A stretch of DNA of 64,000 bases from Desulfarculia bacterium. GTDB taxonomy: Bacteria; Desulfobacterota; Desulfarculia; Adiutricales; JAGVGV01. The stretch's first letter is position 1. Each line of letters begins with the position of its first letter. Made by a program: the position numbers and the translations under genes. Under the pieces are notes generated by a model. It was not told the origin of the DNA. It was given only the letters and a program-made list of their open reading frames with translations, and did not search any database. Positions 27,401 to 35,551 of the stretch are shown here, piece by piece. The DNA is taken from positions 4,232,727-4,296,726 of the forward strand of contig OY759590.1 in the NCBI GenBank assembly GCA_963662445.1, given 5' to 3'.

Positions 27401-28663
27401 GGCTGATATGTGATGAGAGAGAATCGGTCGGGCGCTGTCGGTGAACTGACGAGAGACGAGATCGTTCGGCCATACGTCGAGGAGAACCCGAGGCACGGCA
27501 ACACAGCCTTTTTCCTTTGCCAACGACCCGTCTTCCAGCAGAAGGAATGGCTTGCCTGCCAGTGCTGATTCGCATGCCTCTTCTGCGATCCGTCCGCAGT
27601 CACCTTCCAGCGAATGGTCATCGCGATCAAGATCAGGTAGCAGCGCGTAAGCATCGCATCGTTTCTCAACTCCCGCGTCCGCCGTTCCAACCCAATGAAG
27701 CAGAGTCTCCGCTGCCAATCTGCCTACACGATCCAGGAGCCAACGATTTGTCGGCGACGTCTCCGGGTCCTTGATTTTCACGCGGGCAGGGTCTTGAATG
27801 AACGGTGCGTTGCAAGCAAACGGAAGTTTGGTCAGCACTCCTGTGGGAAGAATGACAAAAAGGCGGCCTTCCATGCCGAGAACTAGATCGACGCTGCAAG
27901 GAGGTAAGGCTGTTTCCTCGTCAACCGTGACCATGCGTTCCTGACGGATTTCGTCTAGGGCTTCGGCTGGAAACGGCTCTGGATCGGACTGGATCAGCAG
28001 TACCCATTGGTCTGGTGTTCCTGCCAATGAGAACCAACTCGATCCGAGTACAGGCCCAGCAGCTTCTGACTCCCAACGGATTTCGCGGCCGCCGATGTTC
28101 AAACAACGGATGGAACGAAAGAAAAGCAACGATGTCGGACTCTTCGTCCAGTCATCAAGGTTCTTCTTCAGTTCTCGCTGGCGGTGTGGGTCCTGAATCG
28201 TAACACGAACTTCTGTGTGACGGGCCGGGACTCCGTTCCGGGCCATCCATAGGGGCTCGGTGAAACGGCTACGCCGGAAGGCCACCGATAGTGAAGGAGT
28301 CCTGAGCCGAACCTCATCCCCAAGGCTGAATGTGCTCTTGAAGCCGATCCCTCGGAATCCAATGGTGTGAAGGGATCGCTTGTTGGAATACCCGAACCGG
28401 CAAAGGGAGATGAAGTGCTCCTCGGTAAAGTCCTCGCCATTGTGAATGAATATGAACTCCCCATCTTGGATGTCCGCCGAAGCCATGGTTGCGCCCGCAT
28501 CGTCCGCATTTTGCAGAAGCTCGGAAACGACATGACGAGGGCTTTGCACCTGCTTGAACAACTGGTGCCAAGGTCCGGCCAATACAGGGTCCTGTTCAAG
28601 CTGAACCCAACGCCTGGCAGCAGTTGCCCGGACATCCTCGAAATAAGGAGGCGCATCCGTCAT
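24404..28663 (-). CDS. Giant sacsin/NOV-type GHKL (HATPase_c_3-like) ATPase; remainder of the protein is of unknown function
   Basis: N-box SELLQNADDAGA and G2-like TIGFRGIGFKSTF. ~900 aa unassigned, then a ~60-aa D/E tract (DNA ~24835-25015) and an unassigned C-terminal domain. Confidence 0.7.
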   Translation of the reverse strand: MTDAPPYFEDVRATAARRWVQLEQDPVLAGPWHQLFKQVQSPRHVVSELLQNADDAGATMASADIQDGEFIFIHNGEDFTEEHFISLCRFGYSNKRSLHTIGFRGIGFKSTFSLGDEVRLRTPSLSVAFRRSRFTEPLWMARNGVPARHTEVRVTIQDPHRQRELKKNLDDWTKSPTSLLFFRSIRCLNIGGREIRWESEAAGPVLGSSWFSLAGTPDQWVLLIQSDPEPFPAEALDEIRQERMVTVDEETALPPCSVDLVLGMEGRLFVILPTGVLTKLPFACNAPFIQDPARVKIKDPETSPTNRWLLDRVGRLAAETLLHWVGTADAGVEKRCDAYALLPDLDRDDHSLEGDCGRIAEEACESALAGKPFLLLEDGSLAKEKGCVAVPRVLLDVWPNDLVSRQFTDSARPILSHHISAENRKKLFNWNSIDQISKDDVLTTLKSKHLPKPDSWAQLLLLWTYVAEDVVGCHYNRNHKAVRILPVHGKDVLYAANEIVRLGEKKLLQSQEDWEFLAACLLVLNQNWPRFLAEQRRRAEQDKDDDLGRQVEFAYKVFDAVSLGQASDVSQVIQQAAEKFFSEQECDIEDCIRLVQLAATLGASVAESFQFVTRDGYRRPVSERIVYDTHNDLEAFVPDQWYESHVLHEDYRVLLSCTGEDWRQWVASGRSGLLTFVPLVQSERWEWNRNKIVKLLEERGIKGAPHFPYKSGNFTIEDWDFDEDHWRFWQESAEQDTEVWGRIFARVLAQSKEYWAKSLSAKVWQNGNKYKQLVTHEELLPSWVIKFSDLPCLQDTRGHYRQPAKLLCRTPATEPLLDVEPFVRAAFDTEATRPLLIMLGVRDTPTGPDRLLDRLRALATVDNPPVYEVEKWYHRLDQLVNKCSTDEFEEVKDAFADEKIILTEGNGWGTAAEVFLAADEEDVPDAALVHPSVRPLTLWHKVGVADRPTADLSIKWLAGLASGQGLTADEVRRVRSLLPRYPERIWRECGHWLNIEGEWTPTGDLVYSLTMQSLVAWKHLFKPIKQKTADLQKLSADVWEQHPFSALRPLAQSLEDRFEDQLYGLPDPQKMPWLNALGAGLRRIALDDQDETRRVRELADRLTGTGWQVASGLQTVPYIDGTPAGTPRRIDVLWKDSLLYVEDRSAAKMAKAVAQELGRVFNKPEITDAIKLCYDRPPEFVLEYLEENFTLLPREQVGPIRGTSKQADKTGEQGELTNDEEATSADQTDADATRQTEGDDHDTEFADEPDVDEAFEDGDLDEDQDDDKLDEEDKREPARRNQFKPATPSLMERFAKANGYAKDGSDRFYHTDGSWIEKVSGGHSFPWERRSAGGELLQCYWDKEHCIQRDSLQLDADVWKLCDQHPDKYTLLLVDADDTPLEITGRRLREMCDGGELTLYPAKYRLVYEHDRAKEKSDE

Positions 28664-31600
28664 CGTGGCGGGCCTCCCCTGCTCAGCAACTCTGATAGAC
28701 GGTAATTCACGCTCGTAACGCCGAAGTCGGGTTCCCGGCCGAACGGCTCCCGCACATAGGTGATGTCCACCGCCTGCTCGCCGTTGACCTGCACAATCGC
28801 CAGAATGAACTGATCCGGCTTGTTTAGTGCGGTCAGAATCTCATTCTTGGTGACGGTCACGGTATCCACCCCCTGAACTCGTCCCTTCACCTCGATGAAG
28901 CGGAGCCGCAACTCGCCTGCCGGATCGCGCGACTCAATATCGTAGCCACACTTGTCGGCCGCCACGTCGCGGGGCTCGAACCCGAGCTCTTGTTCGGCCG
29001 CAACCACAGCCCTCATGGCGACCATTTCGACGCGCTTGGTCTCCTTGGCCTGCAACGTGGCGGTTTGCCCTCCGCTCAGCCTTATGAGAAGTCCTGCCGG
29101 GACAATCAGTGCTCCGCCGATGACGTTAGGCGGAAGCGGCGAGATGCGACGTTCCTGCTGAAGGTCCTCCATCCGCCTCTGTAGCCGCGTCGTCAACTCG
29201 TCGGCCCGCTGACGGGCCTTGCCGGAGTTGATCTTTGCATTGACCTTGCCCGCCAGTTCCTGCTGCTTTAGCTGTTCCGCCCGATGGTCCCAGTAGCTGA
29301 TCTCCGTCGTAAGCCTTTCCTTGACTGCGGCCATGGTCTTGTCGACCATCTGCTCTTTGCGGCCCTTGACCTCCTGCAGGTGGGAGGGCACCAGGTTCCG
29401 GACGGCATAGTCGAGGGCGCGAGATTCGATCTCGTTGCGCAGCCAGCCGGGCTCTTCCATATGCTGGATCAGGGCCAGTTCCGATTCAGTGGGCGGCCGG
29501 TAGTCGAGGTATGGCGCATATCCAGCACCACGAACATCGCCGGATGCATTCACCTCCACGAACTGAACCTGGCGAGAGACGACGCGCCGGTTTCCACTCC
29601 GATCCGTGCGCGCATCTTGGATGGAGTGCTCCAGGTACACGAGCGCCCGCACATCCTCGTCCAGGGAGTTCGCGTCGACCAGGATGGCACCTTGTCGCAG
29701 GAGGTCCCGGTGCCGTTCGAGGATTAGGTCTATGGTGGCGTCGAGAAGCGGATGGCCAGGACAAATGAACTCTGCCAGGGGCTTGCCAGGGACGCTGATC
29801 AGTTCTTTTTCGAACGACAGACGTTCATATCGTGTGAGGACGGGATCGCGCATGCCGATGATCCGGTCCCGGTTGCGAATGACGGCCGGAACGTGGGTTG
29901 CCTCGTAACGCTTCGGCTCCCTTTCACGCAAGGTACCGCCGAGCCGCTTGAAGGATTCATTGAAGAAGGCGGCAACGAAATGGGGCTGGAGACGGCGAGC
30001 CTCGGCCCGTTCCATGTCTTCCCGAATCTCCCGGACGCGGAAGGCATCCATGGAGTCGTGCGCCAGGGCGTGTTCCTCGATCAGATCGCGGAGTTTGTCC
30101 CGATCCATGGCGTTGTCGACGACCTGGTTCAGCCGCGCACGCACTTCCGGACGGTCTCCGTACCGAATGGCTTCCATGAGGAGGTTCCGCAGGGGTTTAT
30201 CACCGAAAAGCAGTTTGCCGAGGATGTCGAATACCTTTCCGCCCAGCGCCTTACGTTCCTCCTCCAACTTCTCAAGCAGGCGGCGATACACATCGCCTTC
30301 CCGCGTCTTTGATGCGACGAGATTCCAGCAGTGGCAGACCTCCGTCTGCCCGATGCGGTGGATGCGGCCAAACCGTTGTTCGAGACGGTTCGGGTTCCAG
30401 GGTAGATCGTAATTGACCATCAGATGGGCCCGTTGCAGGTTGATACCTTCACCCGCCGCGTCCGTGGCGATGAGCACCTCTGTGTCCTTATCCTGCGTGA
30501 AGAGCGATTCGTTCTTCTTTCGTTCCTCACGACCCATGCCTCCGTGAATGGTCACGACTGATTCCGGCTTCCCGATCAGCGATCCAATCCGATCATGAAG
30601 GTAGTTCAAGGTGTCGCGATGCTCGCTGAAAACGATCAGCTTGCGGCGATGACCATGGGCATCGAACATCTCCGTCTGGTTCTGCAGTAGACTCGAAAGT
30701 TCATCCCACTTGCGGTCCGTGCGTGATTGACGAACCCGCAGGGCCACTTGCTCCAAATTCTTGAGAATTGCGATCTCCGCCTTTAACTCGGCGATTGTCT
30801 GGGCCGCCGAGGCCAGATCGACAACGCGCTCTTCTGTGTTCTCGATTTCCTCATCCGGCGCGTCTTCGAGATCTTCAAGGTCATCTTCGGACAGGGACGG
30901 GACATCCTTGTGCCAATCGATACGGACCTCTGCGCCACGTTTGAGGAGTTCTTCCTCGCGGCATCTCTTCTCCAGTCGCTCCCGACGCCTACGGAGTGAT
31001 TGATAAATGGCTTCTGGCGAAGAGGCCAAACGACGCTGCAGGACCGTCAAGGCAAACCCAACCGTGCCTTTGCGGCCGTCGTTGGCCAGTTGTTCGGCGC
31101 GGTTGAACTCATCGCGAACATACTCCGTCACACGCTGGTACAGGTCCGCTTCACCGTCGGAAAGCTCGTATTCGACAGTGTAGGCCTTACGCTCCGGGAA
31201 CAACGGACGACCGTCAAACTTGAGTAGGTCCTCCTTAACCATCCGACGCATCAGATCGCTGGCATCGATGGAATGAACGCCGTCGCGGAACTTGCCCTCG
31301 AATCGGTCGCCATCGAGCAGCGCCATGAACAACTGAAAGTCCTCTTCCTTTCCGTTGTGCGGCGTGGCCGTCAGAAGCAGAAAATGACGAGTGAGGGCGG
31401 AAAGAATCTGTCCCAACTGGTGGCGTTTGGTCCTGCGGATTTCGCCGCCCCAGAAGGATGCGCTCATCTTGTGGGCTTCGTCGCAGACCACAAGGTCCCA
31501 ATCCGTGGCCTTCAGTTTCTCCTGTACGTCCTCGTTTCGGCTGAGCTTGTCGAGACGACAGATGGAGAGCGGGTTCTCCGCGAACCAGTTTCCGGTCAGG

Positions 31601-32169
31601 GCCGCCTCGAACTTGTCATTGGTCATGATTTCGAAAGGCAGGTGGAAGCGCCGATAAAGTTCATCCTGCCACTGTTCGACCAGGTTGCCCGGGCAGACAA
31701 TGAGGCACCGTTGCAGGTCGCCCCGCGCGATCAACTCTTTAATCAACAGTCCTGCCATGATGGTCTTCCCAGCCCCGGGATCGTCGGCCAGCAGGAAACG
31801 AAGCGGCTGCCGAGAAAGCATTGACTCGTAAACAGCTGTGATCTGGTGCGGAAGCGGCTCAACAAGCGAGGTATGGACCGCCAGGAGCGGATCGAAAAGG
31901 TAAGCAAGTTGTATGCGGTGGGCCTCGGAAACAAGACGAAACAGATCCGAGTCCCCGTCAAAGCTCCAAGGTTTACCGGATTCCAATATTTCGAGGTCGC
32001 CCTCACGGTCTCGATAAATCAGTTCGTTGGCTAATTTTCCGTTGCTGTCCTTGTAAGTCAGCTCGATGGCTACAGAACCGATCCAAGACACATCGACAAT
32101 GGTGATGAAGGCATCGGGCAGAATGCCCTTGACAGTCGCACCGCGCTTAAGCTCTTCGAGTCTAGCCAT
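28660..32169 (-). CDS. SNF2-family helicase with C-terminal DUF3883-like PD-(D/E)XK domain
   Basis: LLADDPGAGKTIMAG, DLVVCDEAHKM, LLLTATPHNGK and QRFGRIHRIGQ. C-terminal CGYDIES...RFIEVKGR. Confidence 0.85.
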   Translation of the reverse strand: MARLEELKRGATVKGILPDAFITIVDVSWIGSVAIELTYKDSNGKLANELIYRDREGDLEILESGKPWSFDGDSDLFRLVSEAHRIQLAYLFDPLLAVHTSLVEPLPHQITAVYESMLSRQPLRFLLADDPGAGKTIMAGLLIKELIARGDLQRCLIVCPGNLVEQWQDELYRRFHLPFEIMTNDKFEAALTGNWFAENPLSICRLDKLSRNEDVQEKLKATDWDLVVCDEAHKMSASFWGGEIRRTKRHQLGQILSALTRHFLLLTATPHNGKEEDFQLFMALLDGDRFEGKFRDGVHSIDASDLMRRMVKEDLLKFDGRPLFPERKAYTVEYELSDGEADLYQRVTEYVRDEFNRAEQLANDGRKGTVGFALTVLQRRLASSPEAIYQSLRRRRERLEKRCREEELLKRGAEVRIDWHKDVPSLSEDDLEDLEDAPDEEIENTEERVVDLASAAQTIAELKAEIAILKNLEQVALRVRQSRTDRKWDELSSLLQNQTEMFDAHGHRRKLIVFSEHRDTLNYLHDRIGSLIGKPESVVTIHGGMGREERKKNESLFTQDKDTEVLIATDAAGEGINLQRAHLMVNYDLPWNPNRLEQRFGRIHRIGQTEVCHCWNLVASKTREGDVYRRLLEKLEEERKALGGKVFDILGKLLFGDKPLRNLLMEAIRYGDRPEVRARLNQVVDNAMDRDKLRDLIEEHALAHDSMDAFRVREIREDMERAEARRLQPHFVAAFFNESFKRLGGTLREREPKRYEATHVPAVIRNRDRIIGMRDPVLTRYERLSFEKELISVPGKPLAEFICPGHPLLDATIDLILERHRDLLRQGAILVDANSLDEDVRALVYLEHSIQDARTDRSGNRRVVSRQVQFVEVNASGDVRGAGYAPYLDYRPPTESELALIQHMEEPGWLRNEIESRALDYAVRNLVPSHLQEVKGRKEQMVDKTMAAVKERLTTEISYWDHRAEQLKQQELAGKVNAKINSGKARQRADELTTRLQRRMEDLQQERRISPLPPNVIGGALIVPAGLLIRLSGGQTATLQAKETKRVEMVAMRAVVAAEQELGFEPRDVAADKCGYDIESRDPAGELRLRFIEVKGRVQGVDTVTVTKNEILTALNKPDQFILAIVQVNGEQAVDITYVREPFGREPDFGVTSVNYRLSELLSRGGPPR

Positions 32170-32526
32170 TATACTTCACTTTTGTTGGATTCAGAATGTT
32201 CATAATCTTGCGGAGAAGTGTTCGAAGCGCCACTTCTTGCCCATTCGTCGAATTCCATCTGGTTGAATTTTCAAAGCCGACCAATCTTGCGCCCCGGCAT
32301 TTGCCGTTTGCTTGGGTCCCATCCTTCGAAAACAACACACATTTTGGCAAACTTAAGACAATCAGGGCGATAATACCCCAGAGAGATGCAAATTGTCAAT
32401 CGATTATTCCTTTTATTTTGCATGGTTATCTCATATCAATCAAATATTCTCCTTAAATAGACAGAAATTCCATCTTCGATGCCGCCGCATAATATGCGTC
32501 TGTCCCAACGGCAAAGTGAGGTATTC

Positions 32527-33465
32527 ATGAAAACGAGGAAAGACTCCGAATTGAACAGGCATGACCTCCAGATCTTCCAGATAGTAGCAGAGCATCGAGT
32601 TCTGACTTTAGTCCAGCTCTCGGCCCTGCTGTTAAGAAACTCCAAGGCGTTGTCCCGCCGTTTGGTTCAATTGGAATCAACCGGCCTGATCCAAAAGACG
32701 AGCCGTGGGTTTGGCCGGGGGCGGGGCCGGCCGGAAAGCATCTTCTCGTTGACTGATGCAGGGCTTGGTAAACTAGTCGCCGAAGGCACCGTCGGAAGCG
32801 GAGCCGCGCAGGCGAAGGTCATCGACCTGGACATGTTGTTCATCGACCACCAACTCCTGGTTAATTGGTTCCGCGTTCATTTGGTTCAGCTCGAACGCTT
32901 GGTTCCTCGACTATCGGTTCGGTTTTTGTCACCGAATTCACCTTTTCTCGGAAAAGACAACGAGGGGAAGCCACTGATCTATGACCGAGTGACGCTTACT
33001 GATGATACTGCGGGACAAATCGATTTCATCCCGGATGGGGTCTTTATGATCAAGGATACAATGAGTGAACAGGGCAAGGCCTTGCTCTTCTTTTTGGAAG
33101 TGGACATGGACACCGAGCCCTTGGTCAGCACCAACAATCCTTCAAAGGACATCCGCCAGAAGATCCTTTGTTATCAATCCTACTTCCGGAGCCAGAGCTA
33201 CAAACGGTATGAGCCGGTCTGGAATTGCCACTTGACCGGATTCCGCCTTCTCTTTCTGACCAACACCTCCGCTCGCAGGACCGCCATGTGCCGATTGGTC
33301 CAGGAGATGCATCCTTCGGATTTCATCTGGGTAACGGACCAGGAAAGCATGTTCGCCAAAGGCCTGGGCGCCAGGATCTGGGCCAGAGGCGGCAAGGACC
33401 ATAGGCCGCCCGAATCCCTCCTGGGCAGGCTGGCCACTGAGCAAACCGCTCTGTCTACCCATTAA
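32527..33465 (+). CDS. Replication-relaxation (Replic_Relax)-family protein with N-terminal winged helix
   Basis: Start moved to MKTRKD (gtgaggt RBS). LNRHDLQIFQIVAEHRVLTLVQLSALLL...SRRLVQLESTGLIQK is typical of the family. Seven iterons lie just downstream. Confidence 0.6.
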   Translation: MKTRKDSELNRHDLQIFQIVAEHRVLTLVQLSALLLRNSKALSRRLVQLESTGLIQKTSRGFGRGRGRPESIFSLTDAGLGKLVAEGTVGSGAAQAKVIDLDMLFIDHQLLVNWFRVHLVQLERLVPRLSVRFLSPNSPFLGKDNEGKPLIYDRVTLTDDTAGQIDFIPDGVFMIKDTMSEQGKALLFFLEVDMDTEPLVSTNNPSKDIRQKILCYQSYFRSQSYKRYEPVWNCHLTGFRLLFLTNTSARRTAMCRLVQEMHPSDFIWVTDQESMFAKGLGARIWARGGKDHRPPESLLGRLATEQTALSTH

Positions 33466-33555
33466 AAGCCGACAAGTTCAAACCGAGGCGGTGTCATCCG
33501 GGGCTTAGGCCAGGCCGATGGCCTTGGTCCTTCCTGTGCCCGGTCAGTATCGGAG

Positions 33556-33705
33556 GTGTGGATTTATTCAGCTCCAAGTGTGGATTTAATCGGCCAAAGT
33601 GTGGATTTATTCCCTCAAAGTGTGGAAAAAATAGCCCGGAAGTGTGGGTTAATTCGCCGAAATGTGGATTTAATACCCCCAAACTGTGCCTTTATTCCCC
33701 GCCAG
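33556..33705. repeat. Seven direct iterons (consensus aaGTGTGGATTTAt, period 20-22 bp) followed by an AT-rich stretch; candidate iteron-type origin
   Basis: The tgtgg cores sit at about 33557, 33579, 33600, 33621, 33643 and 33663, with a degenerate tgtgc core at 33685. An AT-rich run gatatcgttatttatcattatatttcc follows. Confidence 0.75.
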
Positions 33706-33819
33706 ATATCGTTATTTATCATTATATTTCCAATGATTAGCCGGTGTGGAAAAAGTCGACTATATACAAAAACACCCATCCATCTCAATCATCGAGAAGC
33801 AGAGCAGCAGCAAGCCGCC

Positions 33820-34299
33820 TCAATAGCGCCGCCCAGACCGAGACCGATACCCTGAAGAGACCGGAACGCGGCGGCCATAGCTGGAAGACTTCCGCTGGGA
33901 CCAGTAAGGCCTTGACTTGAGCTGCCGGTAGCGCTGCCGACCTATGGCATCAAGTTCGTTCATCAGGTAGCCCTGCCAGTCCTCGCCAAACATCCACGGA
34001 TAGACTGGAATCACATCAATGCCAGAACGTTTATACATCGCTTCCTTTTTTTTGATGCCCAGGTCGTATTCAGGATGTCCAGCCAGACCATAGTATTCGA
34101 TATATGTCTTGAGTTCAGGCAGATGGAAGTCCGGATAGACGATTCGAGGTTTGTTGTCGCATGATAGGGCCAGCACCGGATGTTCATATTGATACCTGAT
34201 TAACTGACTGTCCAGGAAATAGGCTATCCGCCGTTCTCCGTCCGACTTGAAACGCTGTTCTTGCGCCCCATTGAGCTCCGCCTCCAAATTTTGAACCAT
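33820..34299 (-). CDS. PD-(D/E)XK nuclease-like protein with a basic Ser/Arg/Tyr-rich tail
   Basis: SDGERRIAYFLDSQLIRYQYEHPV...YPDFHLPELKTYIEYYGL matches the GE..IA.FL / PDF / IE.G pattern seen in restriction-endonuclease-fold domains. Confidence 0.5.
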   Translation of the reverse strand: MVQNLEAELNGAQEQRFKSDGERRIAYFLDSQLIRYQYEHPVLALSCDNKPRIVYPDFHLPELKTYIEYYGLAGHPEYDLGIKKKEAMYKRSGIDVIPVYPWMFGEDWQGYLMNELDAIGRQRYRQLKSRPYWSQRKSSSYGRRVPVSSGYRSRSGRRY

Positions 34300-34501
34300 C
34301 CTGCATCACCAGAGCAAGGAATCCACAGGAAGTATAAAAAGCTTGGCTGCCACCGTGGCGTGTCGATTTTCTTCTACGCATCCGCGGGCCTCGCGCTCGG
34401 CGCACCCAAACATAGTTTTCTTTTCTGACTAGGCCGCTTTCGCCTCGGCATCTCCACGACTTTGCTTTGGCTGGGTTCGTGCAGGTTTCGTGGCGCACGC
34501 A

Positions 34502-34557
34502 GACCCCTTATCGTAAATTTTTCGGTTCTGCGGAACCGAAAAATTTATCGAGGGGTC
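34502..34557. promoter_or_regulatory. 56-bp imperfect inverted repeat (14-bp inner stem, 7-bp outer stem)
   Basis: gacccct tatcgt aaatttttcggttc tgcg gaaccgaaaaattt atcg aggggtc, in a divergent intergenic region. Confidence 0.6.
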
Positions 34558-34589
34558 CGCTCAGAGGCGCCCCAAACCCGTTAGCCTTG

Positions 34590-34623
34590 GATCAAACCTT
34601 TTCCCGAGTGAAAAGGTTTGATC
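34590..34623. promoter_or_regulatory. Perfect 13-bp inverted repeat with an 8-nt spacer
   Basis: gatcaaacctttt cccgagtg aaaaggtttgatc, ending 12 nt before the ATG at 34636. Confidence 0.6.
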
Positions 34624-34635
34624 GAGGTGATCGTC

Positions 34636-34884
34636 ATGAACAACAAGTCAAGAGATAGCATCAAGTGCGTATGTCTTCTTTGCAAAGCGGAAGTTGCAGA
34701 ACGCGATGTAGAGGCCGGCTTTGCAGTCTGCGCTTCTTGCCGTGGGTACTACTTTCCAGAAAAGAGTATCTACTATCGCCCTGAGGCTGAAAGCGGACCC
34801 GAGATCGTCATCACATGCAAGCAGCAGCAGCCAAATCGCCTTGCAAGAATGGCGGACATCGATACCTGGATTTCCAAATGCTGA
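34636..34884 (+). CDS. Small Cys-rich (Zn-ribbon-like) protein
   Basis: Start moved to the ATG at 34636 (gaggtg RBS). Has CVCLLC ... CASC cysteine pairs. Confidence 0.5.
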   Translation: MNNKSRDSIKCVCLLCKAEVAERDVEAGFAVCASCRGYYFPEKSIYYRPEAESGPEIVITCKQQQPNRLARMADIDTWISKC

Positions 34885-34922
34885 TCGATTGAGATTCCTC
34901 GACCAATCAGCAATAGTGTCAT

Positions 34923-34940
34923 TTATATCCCCACCCACCC
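34923..34940 (-). other. G-quadruplex-type motif GGGTGGGTGGGTGGGG (minus strand)
   Basis: Plus strand reads ccccacccacccaccc: four G-runs with 1-nt loops. Confidence 0.6.
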
Positions 34941-35098
34941 ACCCAACTCTACTCCACGATTCCAGTGTCCTGGAACCGTGGGTCTTATCTCTTCCGCTTT
35001 CAGGCTCCGGTGCCCTGAGCCGAAAGATTCATAAACCCTGACTCATTCCCTTGCTTCGACCGGGAAGAGTTCCCGGATCAAACAAGAGGTGCAGCAGC

Positions 35099-35551
35099 AT
35101 GGCAAGAGAAAATGAAATCTATCCAGCCGAAGTCGGCACAGAGGAAATAGGGCAAACACAGCCTGGCACTTTGTGCCCGACCTGGGAGAAGCTTGGAGTG
35201 GGCAATGACCTTCCGCCCTTCTTCAGCCCAAATGAAGAAATGAAGCGCAGCGGGTTTACGGTCCGCTTCCTGTCCGACCAACCGAGAAAGGAGTCGCCAA
35301 GTGTGTTCAACCCGAGCGCGCATGAGCTTTGGTTTGACATTGTCTTTGATGGTCAGGTTATGACCTGGACCATCAGCCAGATCAGTCTGCTTCTCGAGCT
35401 CAAGAAGCATGAGCCGCTTGGAGGCAAATTCTTTTTCATCCAACTGGTGCCGGTGGACGAAGCATTCAAACAGCTCCGTCCCAAATACAAAGGCAAGGAT
35501 CGGTATGTCATTACTCCGGCCGCCGACCCCAAGGAGCTCTCGGCGGCGTAA
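35099..35551 (+). CDS. Hypothetical protein
   Basis: Start moved to MARENEIY (agaggtg RBS). No motif recognised. Confidence 0.5.
   Translation: MARENEIYPAEVGTEEIGQTQPGTLCPTWEKLGVGNDLPPFFSPNEEMKRSGFTVRFLSDQPRKESPSVFNPSAHELWFDIVFDGQVMTWTISQISLLLELKKHEPLGGKFFFIQLVPVDEAFKQLRPKYKGKDRYVITPAADPKELSAA

Noticed and set aside
33556-33855. Plus-strand ORFs 33556-33855 and 33558-33740 with the periodic peptide CGFNRPKCGFIPSKCGKNSPEVW
   Set aside because: The periodicity simply translates the 21-22-bp iterons, with no RBS. I interpret them as a non-coding origin repeat array.
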